Assembly (NCBI GenBank): GCA_965644295.1
Contig: CBFFRP010000376.1
Location: 1 to 64,000, forward strand
Direction of reading: 5' to 3'
Source: Paraphysomonas bandaiensis
Lineage: Eukaryota; Protista; Chrysophyceae
DNA: 64,000 nucleotides
The notes beneath the pieces are model-generated. The model saw only the letters and a list, made by a program, of their open reading frames with translations, searched no databases and was not told the DNA's origin. Below, one piece after another: positions 33,113 to 46,937 of this stretch (positions are counted from its first letter, which is position 1; each line of letters opens with the position of its first letter). Both the position numbers and the translations under genes were made by a program.

Positions 33113-34453
33113 TCAATAAACCATCGTACTATTATGAGCAACTTCACTGACTATTTCCGGCACTAGTTTTTGATTACCTTCAGAATAGCACAACATAGCT
33201 ACACCAATGAACGCTACGAAAGTTCCAAGAATACCTCGAGATGACGTTGCTTCATTTTTCATGTACCAGACTATAGGAAGCGAGTATATGGGTCCTAACG
33301 ATGTAAGCGTTAGACAAAGACCAACGTTCATTTGAAACAACGCGTAGTTAGACATCGCAGGACAGAGAAAAGTCACAAAAAATACTCCGAGAGAAATCGT
33401 ACCCCATGTGTATGTGCTCATCTTTCCAAATGGCATATCGTACCAGGAATCTGTGCTAGTAGATCCCCCATCTGATTCGTTGCTATCTGCGCCGCCACAC
33501 TCGTCGTGACCGCCACAACCGTCCAGGCTTTCAAATTTCAGTTCTCCAGTGCTTTTCTCCCCAACAGTTGCCGGGGCTATCCCCAGCCATGGACACAATG
33601 CACAGGCGGTTAGGTGCACAGCATCCGATTGGTGGGACCCTTTCTCTTTACATATACATGTCGTCGTAGAGACATGAAAACATCTTCCAGCAGTAGCAAC
33701 AACTCCCATGGCTACTGCCGCAGAGCCAAACCGGATTAAGTTTATTTCCCAGGTTGTATACGTTACACCGTATTGTTTAGTAAGAATTGACCCGTAAGCA
33801 TCTAGGAATACATTGAGAGCAGAATAAAGGTATCCTATCGTTGCGTTATTGGATTTTGCTCCAAGAATAATAGACTTCATGTTAGAAGAAAGACTTTCCT
33901 CTTCCAACGAAATCATTTCTATACTTCCAAAATCTGAGGTGTTGAACAAAATTTCTTCTTCTTGGTTATCACTATCAGATTCACTATCACTTCCCCTATC
34001 TTTTCCCTCATCATTAGCGATGTCGTCGATTTCTTCAAACGATACCACAAGAACTCCAATACCAGTCAGTACCATACCACACACTGACAGAGCAGTTAGC
34101 TCTTCCTGTAATATAATTGCACCTAAAATCGCAGCAAGAAACGGTTTCAATGAGTCAACTATGATAACGCGTCTAGCACCAAGGAGCTGCAACGCTCGTA
34201 GCCAAGTATTATCACCGATAACTATCCCCAGTAATGAAGAGAGCATGAGCATATATGCACTATACGTGCCGAACAATGACCATTCGATTCTTCCCAATAC
34301 ACATACAGTAATAATGAACATTAAACTGGCTAGAGAACACTTGAACAAGTTAAGAGAGAAGGCGGTGCCCTTCCAGTGCTTATCCCAAATCACAAACCCC
34401 ACAGTCATCATAAGTGGCGACCCCAAGGCCGCGAACACCCCACGAATGAACAT
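33113..34453 (-). CDS. DMT/EamA-family membrane transporter with long hydrophilic insertions
   Basis: About 10 hydrophobic helices in two repeats; SSLLGIVIGD, LGARR, LKPFLAAILGAIILQE, SLGPIYSLP. Confidence 0.85.
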   Translation of the reverse strand: MFIRGVFAALGSPLMMTVGFVIWDKHWKGTAFSLNLFKCSLASLMFIITVCVLGRIEWSLFGTYSAYMLMLSSLLGIVIGDNTWLRALQLLGARRVIIVDSLKPFLAAILGAIILQEELTALSVCGMVLTGIGVLVVSFEEIDDIANDEGKDRGSDSESDSDNQEEEILFNTSDFGSIEMISLEEESLSSNMKSIILGAKSNNATIGYLYSALNVFLDAYGSILTKQYGVTYTTWEINLIRFGSAAVAMGVVATAGRCFHVSTTTCICKEKGSHQSDAVHLTACALCPWLGIAPATVGEKSTGELKFESLDGCGGHDECGGADSNESDGGSTSTDSWYDMPFGKMSTYTWGTISLGVFFVTFLCPAMSNYALFQMNVGLCLTLTSLGPIYSLPIVWYMKNEATSSRGILGTFVAFIGVAMLCYSEGNQKLVPEIVSEVAHNSTMVY

Positions 34454-34554
34454 TATAGAGGGGTGGTAAAGGGCGTGATATTTAACACTTATGCATGCGG
34501 ATGGCTTCCCTGTCCTGCCACACCATGAGATGCGGATAGGCGCATAGAGCAGTA

Positions 34555-34950
34555 TACCTACCTACCTGCATACATACGTACATACCTACATACCTACCTA
34601 CCTGCATACCTACATACATACATACATACATACATACATACATACATACATACATACATACATACATACATACATACATTCATACATACATACATACATA
34701 CATACATACATACATACATACATACATACATACATACATACATACATACATACATACATACATACATACATACATACATACATACATACATACATACATA
34801 CATACATTCATACATACATACATACATACATACATACATACATACATACATACATACATACATACATACATACATACATACATACATACATACATACATA
34901 CATACATACCTACCTACATACATACATACATACATACATACATACATACA

Positions 34951-34980
<30 letters not shown>
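34555..34980. repeat. (TACA)n microsatellite with TACC/TTCA interruptions
   Basis: About 100 tetranucleotide units. Source of the spurious MYVC ORFs. Confidence 0.98.
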
Positions 34981-34982
<2 letters not shown>

Positions 34983-35136
34983 CAGCAGATACAGAGCTAG
35001 ATAACGCCCGCTATGCAGTTACAGCCGATATATGCGTCAGCTGTGTATGCATATGAATGTTTGATGTAAGTAGCATACTGTTACAGTAATGAACTATCCA
35101 CACAACACACATACATAATATATATAAGACTGCCTT

Positions 35137-38100
35137 ATGAGTGTGATGTCTGTGATGAAGAAGAAGTCCGGTCGCTCTCATGAGTGCGGAAGATTCTATA
35201 AAACAATCTTCGAAACAAATAAAAAGAGGAATGTGATCGCTGTTTTCGCTGTTAGTTCTGAGAAGAATGAAGTGTTATCTGTTGATTCAGGCGGAGGGGT
35301 GCATAGACTGAATGTGGATAACAATCTATCGGATTACTTGGACCTCATTCAGGATGATTCACTTGAAGTGGCCTGTGCTGCGTTTGATACCGCTAACAAT
35401 AAAGTATACTTGGGTATGCAGAGTGGGGCGGTATGGACGAGTGATTTCGTTATTTCAGAGGGACTACCATATACTCACCAGCGCCGAGTCACGTCATTGG
35501 TTGTTTCCTCCTCATTTCTGTTTTCGGCTGGTATGGACTCCATCATTAAGATGTTTAGTATTGAGAGTGTTGATGTGGTTGCGTCAATCAAAGGATATGA
35601 AGATATATCCGCGATGCATATTTTGCCAGTTGCACATAACTTACACGTTCTCCTCTCTGACACAGTTGGTTCCGTGTCTGTGTGGAGTCCTAATTCTAAA
35701 ACCTCTGTGGCATCTGTACAACATTGCTGCAATCTTCACGAGCCTATTCTTGGAATATGTAGCATTCATTTATTTGAGAAGATCTGTCCCGTGTTTACCA
35801 CCGCGAATTCTGTACGTGTGTGGTCAATAACTGAACGTTCAGCTGTCACGGAAATGTTAAGCATTTTGAAGGACTCAACTTATTCTCTTGTTCGTTCCCT
35901 AAAATCTCCCCCGAATACTAAGTTCACCTCCTGTGTTGATATGAGTTGTGTAGCACCAGCTTTGTTGACTGGGTGCTCAGATGGGTGTTTATATCAGTGG
36001 GATCCTCTTAGTGGACTTCAAATGCGCAAATTCGAAGTGTCAACAGGCTCTAATATATTTTTGAGGTATATGCTACCCAAGAACTTGATTGTATCCTGTG
36101 ACATGTTGAACACCGTGAGTGTTATTAACCCTTTTAGCTCTCCACTGGTAGATTATGTGACTTATGATGCTCGCCCAGAAATCACCTGTGCTGCAGTATG
36201 TGATATACAGGGGATGGTATTGATCTCCGGTGATAGAAAAGGAATGCTACGCATACGTACAGGAATTAGCGCAAGTACCGAATCTGAAAAGCAGTTTCTG
36301 GCGAAGGAAATGTCTGCTGTAATCATTGTACCGTTAGAATGTACGAGTGAAGTTCTTATTGTTATGGGATACGTTGGAGGTTTCCTTCGGTCTTGCGTCG
36401 TGCCAGATGACCTAAATTTGGACAAGGCAGTTGAAGGAAAGCACACTGGTTGTAAAGGTAGAATTACTGTTTTACGATACCTGGGTCGTGATAGCATTGC
36501 TACTGCTAGTGAAGGCGAAGATGTGATCATATGGAAATTTTCCCCCATGAAGTTGACAGAAATTTGTAGAATTCCGGATTCTGTGGGTGTCACGTGCATG
36601 TGTTGTGCTCCTCAGGGACTGTTGGTGTGCGGTACTAACGATGGAAGAATCGTATTGTGGGATTGCGAATCGAATACTTGTGTTGGTATGAAGTATAATG
36701 CTCACACGAATGGTGGTGTGTTCAGTGTTGGGGTTCTGTATGATTCTGATAGAATTACTCAATATATACTCAGCTCTGAGCGTGATACATCAAGCGTCAA
36801 GCTCTGGAAACATCAAGCATCTGAACTCATACTTGAAGGAAAGGAAGATCACTCTCCATGTACGAACATTACGTTTTGGCCTTATGGGGAGTCGAGATTA
36901 ATGTTTGTTAAGGCTGCGGACGGAGTGCTTATCGCGAAGTATGTTCGCGGATCGGGTGACCATGTACTGCGGTACTTCACACCCAAGGCCAGTGTCGCGA
37001 GTACACTCCTTGCCGTCAGTGGGATGAATAGCCCTCTAGTTTTGACTATCAGTGAGGACAGAGCCATATGTGTATGGAATAATGATTTGCATGATGAACA
37101 GTCCAAGCATAGTAGCATGATGAGTGAGTTCTATAAATGTGTTACTAGTAGCTTATTAGACTGCTCTACGTTCTACAGTGTTATTCGCAAACATTCATCG
37201 TTTCCAGGTTGCTTGATTGTCCCAGATGCTACGCATGACAGTCAAACTGTTTTCGCACAGGCGTTGTTACACCGCCGGTTTAATATTATGCGTTCGTATT
37301 TGTCACGAATTCCAGTCGCTGTGGCGCAGCTTTTCACTCATAAGAAAAAGGTTCAATCCTTGTTATCGATAGCACTTAGTATAGATGATTCGGACGCAGT
37401 GGAGTGTATTCTGGAAGCGTGGAGAGTTCTTTTGACGGCGTCACCTGAAAATCTAGAGAGTTCTGCATGGCATGTAGGGGAGTTATTCCGAGACCTCAAG
37501 CTCCTTAGTCGAAAACGACCAGCGAAGTTTGTGGACTTTATAGCACAGCTCAGTATTCCAAAAGGTCACCCAATAAATACTGATGGGACTCAAACTCGAC
37601 GAATTAAGGAAGATGAACTTTGGATGCGAGGGTCGTCTGAGCGTGTAATTCCTGGGTTATGGCTTTACGTGAAGAAACAGGCCTATCCAGACCTTGTGTC
37701 CAGGGAATATGGATTCGAAGAAGAAAAAGAACTACAAAAAATAGAAATGCCTCATTTATTTGAGGAAATGCAGGAACCACTAACAAAAGGAATCGTAAAC
37801 ACCATGCGTAAGCCTCATCCTTCTGTTGGCGAGAGTTCTATTGATTACAAGTATGCGATTGCGAATGGAGATGATGCCGAAGCTGATGCGGTTAACGGGC
37901 CGTTTTGCTCCACGCTTGACGTGAGTGGGACACGTGTAGAATCATACGTCCATCCCATTCCATATGCAGCTGCTGGGGTTGAGTTTTTAAAAATTTGTCA
38001 ACGATGCGCTTTACTATCCGGAAATTACTCTCTTATGTCATCTCCTGCTGTTGCAACAGTTATCGACTTCAAGTGGAACTCCTATTTCGGGGACAAATAT

Positions 38101-39436
38101 CGAGGGGCTGTGGTGCACTATATATGCCTGTTGTTGCTGTACACAGTGTACTGTGTTTATTTTGATGCTGTTATGGAAACACCTCTTAAAACTGGTTTAC
38201 CAATGTTGGGCTGGATTGTAACATTGTTCTTGATATTTAACTATTTCGTGTTACTGGTCCAGTTGCTGCTCCGTTTAGGGATGAGTAACTCCTATTTGTG
38301 CATTACAGACCCCTGGCTTTACAATGGTGTTGCCGCTTATTCTTTAGCCATATGTGGATTATCTATGAACATTAGTAAAGGTGAGGAGCACTCATCTTCG
38401 TCATTTCACTCAAGATGTGTCCTCTGTGTAAGCACCGTTCTACTATATGCACAGTTTCTGTGGTTTCTAATGTAAGTATTGTATTTAGCTATTGACGTAC
38501 TTTTAATTATATGGCAGGCCGCTTAAACATTTGGGACCTATCATTCATCGAATTTTTCTGACATTACGTGTTACTAGATATCACTTTTTCCTTATTGCAG
38601 TCGGGATATGTTCGTTTGCCGTAGCTTTCAACCTGATGCATCATCGCCAATCTGATGAAGTTACATACGATTCACTCTATGGCTCTTTCCTGCAGACATT
38701 GATATATATGTTTGGTGGATTTTCAAGTGAATTTGGCGAGTTTGCAGATAACACACTTTTTATGAGTGTTTTCTTTGTTGCCTTTGTAGTTACAATGATA
38801 TGGGTTTCAGCGTTGATGCTTCTTGCTGCCACGGTTGAAGAATATGGTAAAACTCAGGTTAGAGCTGAAAATGAGCACCGCATGACTCAAGCTCGAATTA
38901 TCATATCGGCGTCGATGTTAATGAATAATGCGACAGAAAAGTTGTTCTTTCATAATCCTAAATGGCTACATATACTCGCACCAGTCGGGCATATGGAGTC
39001 TGTTCTGAAATGTGATTCGGCGGACTTTGCGATTGATGACAGTACATTGGAAGTATCGAATGCTTGTACATGCACTCTAACGGAAATAAATCGTCTAAAA
39101 GACATGATATATCAGTTACACGATCGTATTGATGTAGTAACACGCCGTGGAATTGACGAAGCATCGTTGGTGAAGAGCTTAAGTGACACTCTACGACGAT
39201 TAATGGAAGAAAATGCTGAACAATCAAAAAGTAGAGTCCAAAAGTCTGAGGATGTTAAGGAACAAGTAATCGCGCCAGTGGAGCCGTTAAAAGTGGATAA
39301 GATTGAAGTCAGCTCACAGAAACCTGAAAAGCGACTGGATCGACCACGCCCGGCCTGTTCTCCGGAGTCGAGTACTCGTGTGAGAAGTATAAAAGCTTCG
39401 AAAAAAAATTATAGTTTGAAGATTCTGAACAAGTGA
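35137..39436 (+). CDS. WD40-repeat protein fused to a TRP-like ion-channel module, 2 exons
   Basis: Many WD40 repeats (SAGMDSIIKMF, TGCSDGCLYQWD, GTNDGRIVLWD, SEDRAICVWN), then VIDFKW, TM helices, GPIIHRIF, pore-like SFLQTLIYMFG, QARII, PKWLHIL and a coiled coil. Intron 38472..38517 joins the ORFs in frame. Confidence 0.8.
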
Positions 39437-40158
39437 CAACTTGTATGGTAACTTTGAATTATGCGCACAGTGTAAAATATTTGGCGATAGCAGTTGTAGT
39501 AAGCACATTATTGACGAGCAGGTAGAGAATTTCTATTTTAACAATAGGAATGCTATTTGCTTTCGTACTTTTTTCATTGTTGGAATATACATTTGATTGA
39601 TGCAAGAATATAATTTAATAAGGCAATGTGTCTGAAATATCTGGAGTTTACCGTTGTATATTGTTGTAGCTCAGATGATTCATCTTGTAGAAGGCTATCG
39701 CTTTTAGGTCTGGAATAACTGTTTCATGAGCTCAACAATAGTATACAATGCAATATTGTATTTCATGGCAGTATAATAATTATATCCTTACCATCATTGA
39801 GTTATTAAGGTAAGTATTATAGCTAGATATATATCTAGTTGTCAGAAATTATGTTCAACAGCTTAACACCACTAAATTTAGCTCATAAGGTACCAAAATA
39901 TATGTTTAGTGTTAGGGTTAGTCATCGTCCAAAACTTCTAATTATCACAGTTATCACTTTACTAGATAGAAACGGTTAGAGATTTTATTGATTCACGTAT
40001 ATCCCTTAACACGTGAATACAACACATACATGTATACAATGAAATATCAAAAATACTGAATAATTACCAAACTATATATGATACGCGAATGTACAAGATA
40101 CGCACATGTGTGTGGTGCTAACGCTATGTTCAAACGTGTCTTGCTATTGTACTATTAG

Positions 40159-43100
40159 TGTTGAGTTCTGCAATATGATGTGATATATATTGTGCAATTG
40201 AAGTGAGTTAACTGTGTACAATAGGTAAAGTCAACTCATAGGTGTAACGGGCGATTATAGTTACAAAGGAATTAAATTCAGTTACTGAAGTGTGACTATA
40301 CAAGATATAGAACTGACTGATGAACATATGAGAAACAGGTGTTGCTGGGAACAGATATTTCAACATATGTTACACGAATATGTAGTGAAGTGTTCAGAAT
40401 AATAATCATAATTTCTTACTTGAAAGTGCGTTGTGTTCAACAGCAAGGTTACGGTTTCCGTGTAGAGCAAAGTTAACTTCAGTGAAATGTCCTATGTTAA
40501 CATGGTAGCGAGTGGTAGCTCTGATGAGGCGAAGGAGGACAGCAAGGTGCTGAAGTTTGACAAGTGAAACGACACGTGTGTTGTAACGATTTGGGAGGCA
40601 TGTGAACATGACGCAGATGTGTTGGAGGGTGCCAGAGGCGACTACCAGATTAGATGATGATGCCCAATAAGGAAGTTTTGTCCAATCATATGCTTCAAAC
40701 GCTTGTGGATAGGTTTAGGAGTGAGTTGGGAGTAGTACTCGAGAAGACTACAGCGAAATACCAGCTTGTAAATATTGGCCAATGATATGGTCGAAATAGA
40801 GATTGATAGGCTGAAATGTATTTTCTACTAAAACTGCCTTCTACTGAGCAGAGCAGTGCAGCTGTTCATAGTTAACGAGCAGAGAGTGCTGAACATACAC
40901 ATGAACAGAGACAGAGACGGAGTTCATCGGCGGAATGGTGCTAATATGAAGATGATGATGTCTCATCTGGAGGGGCATCAAAGTATGTGAATATGCCGTG
41001 AAGAATATTGTCTCAGGCGGAATGCTGCGAGCACTGGTGTGTGGATTGGAACTACTTAGAGTACCGAGAATTGTAGAGTTAAACACTGATAGAGAGGTAC
41101 TGGTTGGAGACTATGATGAGCATGGAGGAATGTCATGGGAGGCATTATATAATATTATGACGTTTTGAAGTTGCCTAATATATCGTCATCATGCCATCAT
41201 GTAATGGAGGAAGATGCCAAGGAGGGAAGTAAAGTTAGTGGATGTTGCCTTATGAGTGTGTTCCTGGAGGAAAGATCCCTGAGTTATCCTGGTTGAGGAA
41301 ATGGGGGTGCAAGGCGTATGTATTAGTCCCGAAGGCCGATAGACGGAAAGACTGGGAGGAAAAGGCACAAACAGGATATTTTGTGGGTTTCCCAGATGAG
41401 CAGATGGGGTATCAAGTGTTGATAGGAGATACAATAGTCACGTCTGTTCATGTCCTGTTTGATGTATCAGTGCCCGAGAGATCGGCTGATTACTACCGAG
41501 AAATGGACTAAGCCACGGTGGCAGTGGTTCCTCAGGGAGGAGTGTTATCGACAAAACCCATGTGAAGATGGCGGCCAACTGTACAACAAGACCACGCGAA
41601 TATAGATTCGGAAAGAGGTCTAACTGTGGGATATAGATCCCTGATGTCAGGTGGTGAGGAGCAACTGGAAGTTAAGACTCCTATTCACATCATCGCGGAT
41701 GAGTGAAGACCTTGTGACAAGAGTATCTTCTAGTTCTGGATCTCGTGACGACGGGACCAGCGGACATTTATTACAGCAGTTGACTGGGACGGTTCCATCC
41801 CCTTCTGACTTCGTAAGTGCTCCGGGAGAGGAAGCTCCATCAGATCGCTCAACTAGGGGCAGGCGCACAAGGGCTCCGAGGGTGGTGACGAATGTTCTGG
41901 ATCTCGTGACGACGGGACCAGCGGACATTGTAGGTGGGAAGCACGTATTACCTTCGTGTGACGAAGTGGAGTGCAGCCTACTAGAGGAGGCAGATTCCAT
42001 CTGGTGCTCGTCAGCGGGACCTAAGGTGCCTCAGACATATTCCGAATCCTTGGAGTTGCCGGAACGGAAGCAATGGAGTTCAGCCGGGCTGAATGTGACG
42101 AACTGGAACGAAGGGAAGTAATGGAAGTTAAGCCCATACCTACCCCAGTGTCACTCCATTGACAGCAAGACAGGCTGAGCGTGACAGACTGGAACGAAGG
42201 GAAGTAATGGAAGTTAAGCCCATCATCCCTACCCCAGTGTCACTGCAATTTGAATCCTTGCTTTGAAACGCAACAAGGAGGGTGCGATTCAACGATAGAA
42301 AGCAAGACTTGTGGTACTTGGATGCGGAGACCATGAGGTTGGTAGAGCCAACAATTATACTCCAGTGGTAAAAGCGGTAACAGTAAGATTGCTATTAGCT
42401 ATCGCGTTTGTTATGAATATGGTGGTGCATCAACTCGACGTATCTAATGCATTCTTGTATATATGCAGATATAAAAGGAGATGTGTGTGTAAGTATGCAA
42501 CACCAGATTTCAAATTGCCACCAGGATATTGCTTTAAACTGAAGAAAAGTTTATATGGTCTTCGAAGCTCACCACAGTCATGATGATAATATGCTGAGAG
42601 CATGTCGAGATACGAATATTATTTTGGAAATTAAGCGACGAGTATGTGAAAGGTTTGATATTACAGATATGAATGAGAGTGGCCAGTTTTTGAACGTGAG
42701 AGTGACGAGAACTCCGAATTGTCTCAAACTTGACCAGACAGTGTTCATCAAAAAGATATTGGTGAAGTATGTGGATTTTCTGGGTGTCCAAGGGACAAGA
42801 CGCGGCTATACCCACTACCTAGTGATGTCAAAGTGGGAGTGGAACATGTGCATTCAGCTGAGGAGCAGAAGTTTGTTGATAATTTTCCCTATCGTCCACT
42901 CCTAGGAGCGTTACTCTATTTATCTATGAATACAAGGCCGGATATCTCATATGCAGTGGGAGTATGTTGTCACGATTCTCAACGAAAGTTAATATCACTG
43001 TATGTAAGCTCATGATGTATTTAATGCAGTATGTACGAGGTACTACAGATAAAGGCATTCATTATAGAGGGAGAGATTTTGATCTTCATATGTTCACTGA

Positions 43101-43963
43101 TGCTGACTGGGCAGGCGATCCGTTGACGAGGAGGTCGACTTCAGGATATAATATGTTTGGAGCTGGTGGACCACTATCGTGGGGTTCTAAACTTCAGTCT
43201 ATTGTAGCTACATCGACTATGAAAGCAGAGTATCAATGCTTATATAACGGATTACAGGAAATGATATGGTCTCGGGGGGTGACTAGAGAAGTAGGGTTGA
43301 AAATTGACGAGCCCACACTATTATTCCTGGATAGTCAAAGTGCTCAGGATATATCGGAAAATCCAGTGCAACATCAACGATCGAAACATCATATTGAGAT
43401 TAAGTATCATATGATTAGAGAGCATGTGGATCCCGAACAGTTTAATACAGTGAAATTAATTCATGTGAGCAGTCGACAACAGATTGCTAATATTTATACC
43501 AAGGATTTGTGTGGTCCAATATTCATTGAACAGAGGGAGCGAAATCTTGGGGAAAAATTTAAGACTACTGCACAAATTATCGCAGAAGTACCCAAGGTAA
43601 AGAGAGCTCGTCGTAAATAGTTAGGTGTGAATGAATGGTGGGAGCTAGCTATATACTAGCGGAGTCATACGTCCACCAGTGTCCTATGAGGTTCGGTGGT
43701 TGCGTATCCAATAGCAATGTTCTTCACAAATTTTAGAATGGTTAACTACATCCAATTGAGTGGGAGTGTTGAGTTCTGCAATATGATGTGATATATGAGA
43801 TGTTGCTGAGGACAGATGTTTCAACATATGTTAGACGAATATGTAGTGAAGTGCTCAGAATAATAATTATAATTTCTTACTTGAAAGTGCATTGTGTTCA
43901 ACAGCAAGGTTACGGTTTACGTGTAGAGCAAAGTTAACTTCAGTGAAATGTCCAATGTTAACA
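40159..43963 (+). mobile_element. Decayed Ty1/Copia element (Copia-2) with TSD ATTAG
   Basis: TGTT...AACA LTRs at 40159..40502 and 43767..43963. PBS-like TGGTAGCG at 40503, PPT TTGAGTGGGAG, and ATTAG at 40154..40158 and 43964..43968. Confidence 0.92.
41230..43620 (+). pseudogene. Copia-2 pol remnants (IN C-terminus, RT, RNase H) with stops, frameshifts and deletions
   Basis: WGCKAYV, GYFVGF, HQLDVSNAF, SLYGLR, TRPDISYAV, TDADWAGD and QRSKH lie in several frames. Gag and PR are not recognisable. Confidence 0.9.
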
Positions 43964-45001
43964 ATTAGGCTTTATACATATAATCAATCTTCATCTTTAA
44001 TAATACGAAGTGCATCTTTTACTAAATACTAGCTAAGACTAGCTTTAAATCTTATATTAAACTGACTCTGGCAGATTGCGACAGATCCGAGGTTAAGGAC
44101 AGTTCACAACTACGACAGCGCATACTCAATACAGCCCTAACATAGGACAAATCCTTCAGCATTGGTATAGGAATGGCTAAAACTTTAAGGAGAGACTTCG
44201 GGAACTCCAACGAGACCAGACCCTACCACCTTGGAGTGCCGCCATTCTCAAGAAACTCTCATCAGCACAGCCTGGAATACCTCACTACCGTAGGTTGAGC
44301 TATTCTGGACGGGAACTATCACCGAGGCTCACCTGGAAAGCATCTCAAATATGCGAGAACTTCAAATAGCAGTTGCTACTCTTCTCCAACCGCTTTACGC
44401 TGCAGCCAAACAAATGATTCAAGACCGCAGTCGTCGTCACGTTGTCGCACCCAAGACCCAAGAGGCCACATTGTCATAAGCGTGGCCACACACTATCAAA
44501 ACGTAGCGCCACATGGCGGAAACCGAGGGTTCTACGCTTACTACGTGCGACGCGGAGACCTAACGCATCAGTGGATACGCCACGACGCCACCTCTGTCAG
44601 CTACTCTCTGCCTAAGGCCCAACTCACTGATAAACTTCCTCATCTTGAATCGTCACGATGCATCAGTTCACAATGATAAAGCACTACAGTATTTTGACTA
44701 CGCGTTACAGTTTCAACACATTGTATTTAACAAATAATACAGTTCAGTCTTAGAGGAACATACGTACTCCAATCAGCACAACTGGCCCATCTTGTTTATC
44801 AACGCATCAAATGCAAGCACTTAAAGGCATTTATATTCAATTAGTCACTAGATATGCACAAACATCTCTTCTCAATGCATACATCACTTAAATTCTAATA
44901 GTCACTACATACACACAAACATTTCTACTCAATTCATGCTCATTAATGCTATGGTCACAGCACCTAGAATACGATAGCAGTACCTTGAGCACACTTACGA
45001 A

Positions 45002-46863
45002 CTAGCTGTACACCAGCAATGAGTAGCTGCTTTTTAACGTAAATAGCTCCCTGCGACTACACGTCAAATACTGTGAAACACACTATGATACATACTTTGT
45101 ATCCTCATCGTGTATATGCATGTCTGATATCGAGGTGAGTCCTGCATGCAAAGGATATACATGCACGGTGGTTACAGCTGCTTCTCCTGGCGCTATCCTA
45201 CTGCACCCGAATTTAATGAAATATTAGATCATTTTTCAATATAAGCAAGTAAAGTCAGAAATTTAGTAACAAGAACATACCCGAGAGAAAAAACAATCTC
45301 GTGTGGAATTGTCCCATCTGTAATCCACTGCCACTTTTGCAAGGAGTAAGGCTCTCTGTCGTGAGATATGATATTGTAGATATGAAAAAGAAGAAATCCC
45401 ACACAGTACCATTCACGTACCTATCCACTACTGTTTCCTTCGCGGGGTTCATATATAGTTCGACATTCCTTACTTCGCTGGTTAGGTTGGAGACCTTCAA
45501 ATTCAGCGCCACGGGCTCAAGTACACGACAGCTCTTCGGGCCGTCAATCTCAATACTGAACTCATTTCCAGTTATTCGCTCAACTCCCCACCAAAGAGAA
45601 GCGGTCGTTGCGAGATATTCCTCCTCTAGAATCTTCCCCTCATGAAAAGAATTATCTGGAATTGAGGCTTCTGAATCTTCAGGAAAGTCCTTGTTCGAAC
45701 AGGACGTACTACTCATGACACTATTTTCTCTCCATCGTATTTCTACCGGAGTGATGAAATCTCCAGATAGACAAGGAGGGGGAAACCCAGATATCGATCT
45801 ACCCGTGTGTCCTTGCTCAGAACTCGGGTCGTTGACAGTATACTTCGGAAATATTCTAAATACAAATGTCGCACTTTCTCCTCTTAATACCGTTACCGAT
45901 GATGTGTTGTTGTTGCTTGTGACTGGAGTAATATCATACCATTTGTCTAACGAAGACACGCAAGGGAGAAGAAGCACATCGCCCGAGGGACTTTCAGATA
46001 TGCCCTGCAGGTCCTTACGATCCCGATCGCGACTGTTTCTTTGACCCTGTGACTTTTCCACTCGTAGTGATGACCCCAAATGAACATCCACGTGTCCAAT
46101 AAGTATGTCCTTCGAAGGGTGAGAATTGCGGAGTTCAATACATGCCAGAGAGGTCCACGGATCAATATTCGACGAATGGCAGTGGACCTCAAGGGAGTCC
46201 AGAATACGTACTGGAAGAATAACCTCGACAGGTGGAACCCGGGGTGGGTGGTAGCGACCTATAGAAAGCAGTTGAGCTAATTCTTCTCGGGTACTTACTA
46301 CAATGAAAGAAGGTACCTGATTCCAGCAATGCCCTAACTTCTTTCTCTTCACTACTCATTCCTTGCCGGAAGTTGCTCGGAACTTTGCTACATGGGACTT
46401 TAACGGAGAGTTCTAATGCCAAGTACAAGGAACCATTGGTGTATTCAGGAGGAACCTGAATTGCTGTCCGAGTGCCGATGTAGAATCCCCGTTCAGTAGC
46501 TTGACATAAAGGCTTATCTAATTTAATACGACTGTGATCAGAAAGCTTTTGAAGGGAGGATGTTTCTCGAGGGATGGCGACTCGCCCCTCGCCCTTTATA
46601 CGCAACTCAAAGTGCAGATACTGCTCTTGATTCCGCCATGAAGATATGAACTCCTCAGTGCTCTTCGTCCAGGCATCAGAAGGATACATTTCAAGGCCGA
46701 TATCAAAGCACGACCCCTGTGTGAGGATGACCTCCCTGTCTCGAGGATGCTCTGAGGGCGGGACACCATCACACCTATCAGAAGATAGAAGCACGCGATA
46801 CTTGCTCTTGTGGAAATCTCGAAGGCCCCATGCAATCGCATTGGCCTCAGACTCACTTTGCAT
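45002..46863 (-). CDS. Multi-exon protein, tentatively TRAPP-associated (TRAPPC14/Trs65-like Ig-fold C-terminus)
   Basis: ORFs are joined by intron 46259..46316. IDGPKSCRVLEPVALNLKVSNLT and a downstream exon ending VYPLHAGL resemble TRAPP subunit C-termini. The 3' exons and the stop at 45002 are inferred. Confidence 0.55.
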
Positions 46864-46937
46864 GATGACTAAAACCAGAAGTCCAATCCTCTAATGCAAA
46901 ATATCCTTAACACCTCACATACCCCTATATAGCCCTC

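Larger units (their letters stand above)
39974..44057 (+). repeat. Diverged solo LTR of the Copia-1 family, split by a nested Copia (pieces 39974..40158 and 43964..44057)
   Basis: The two pieces align in order to the reverse complement of 22136..22393. Flanks GAAAC/TAAAC resemble a mutated TSD. Confidence 0.85.

Noticed and set aside
33849-34469. Long antisense ORFs over real genes (also 36162..36599, 19587..20018 in another frame, and those inside both pol genes)
   Set aside because: They are shadow frames of well supported CDSs and have no motifs of their own.
34482-34971. MYVC-repeat ORFs (also 46953..47536)
   Set aside because: These are translations of the (TGTA)n microsatellite.
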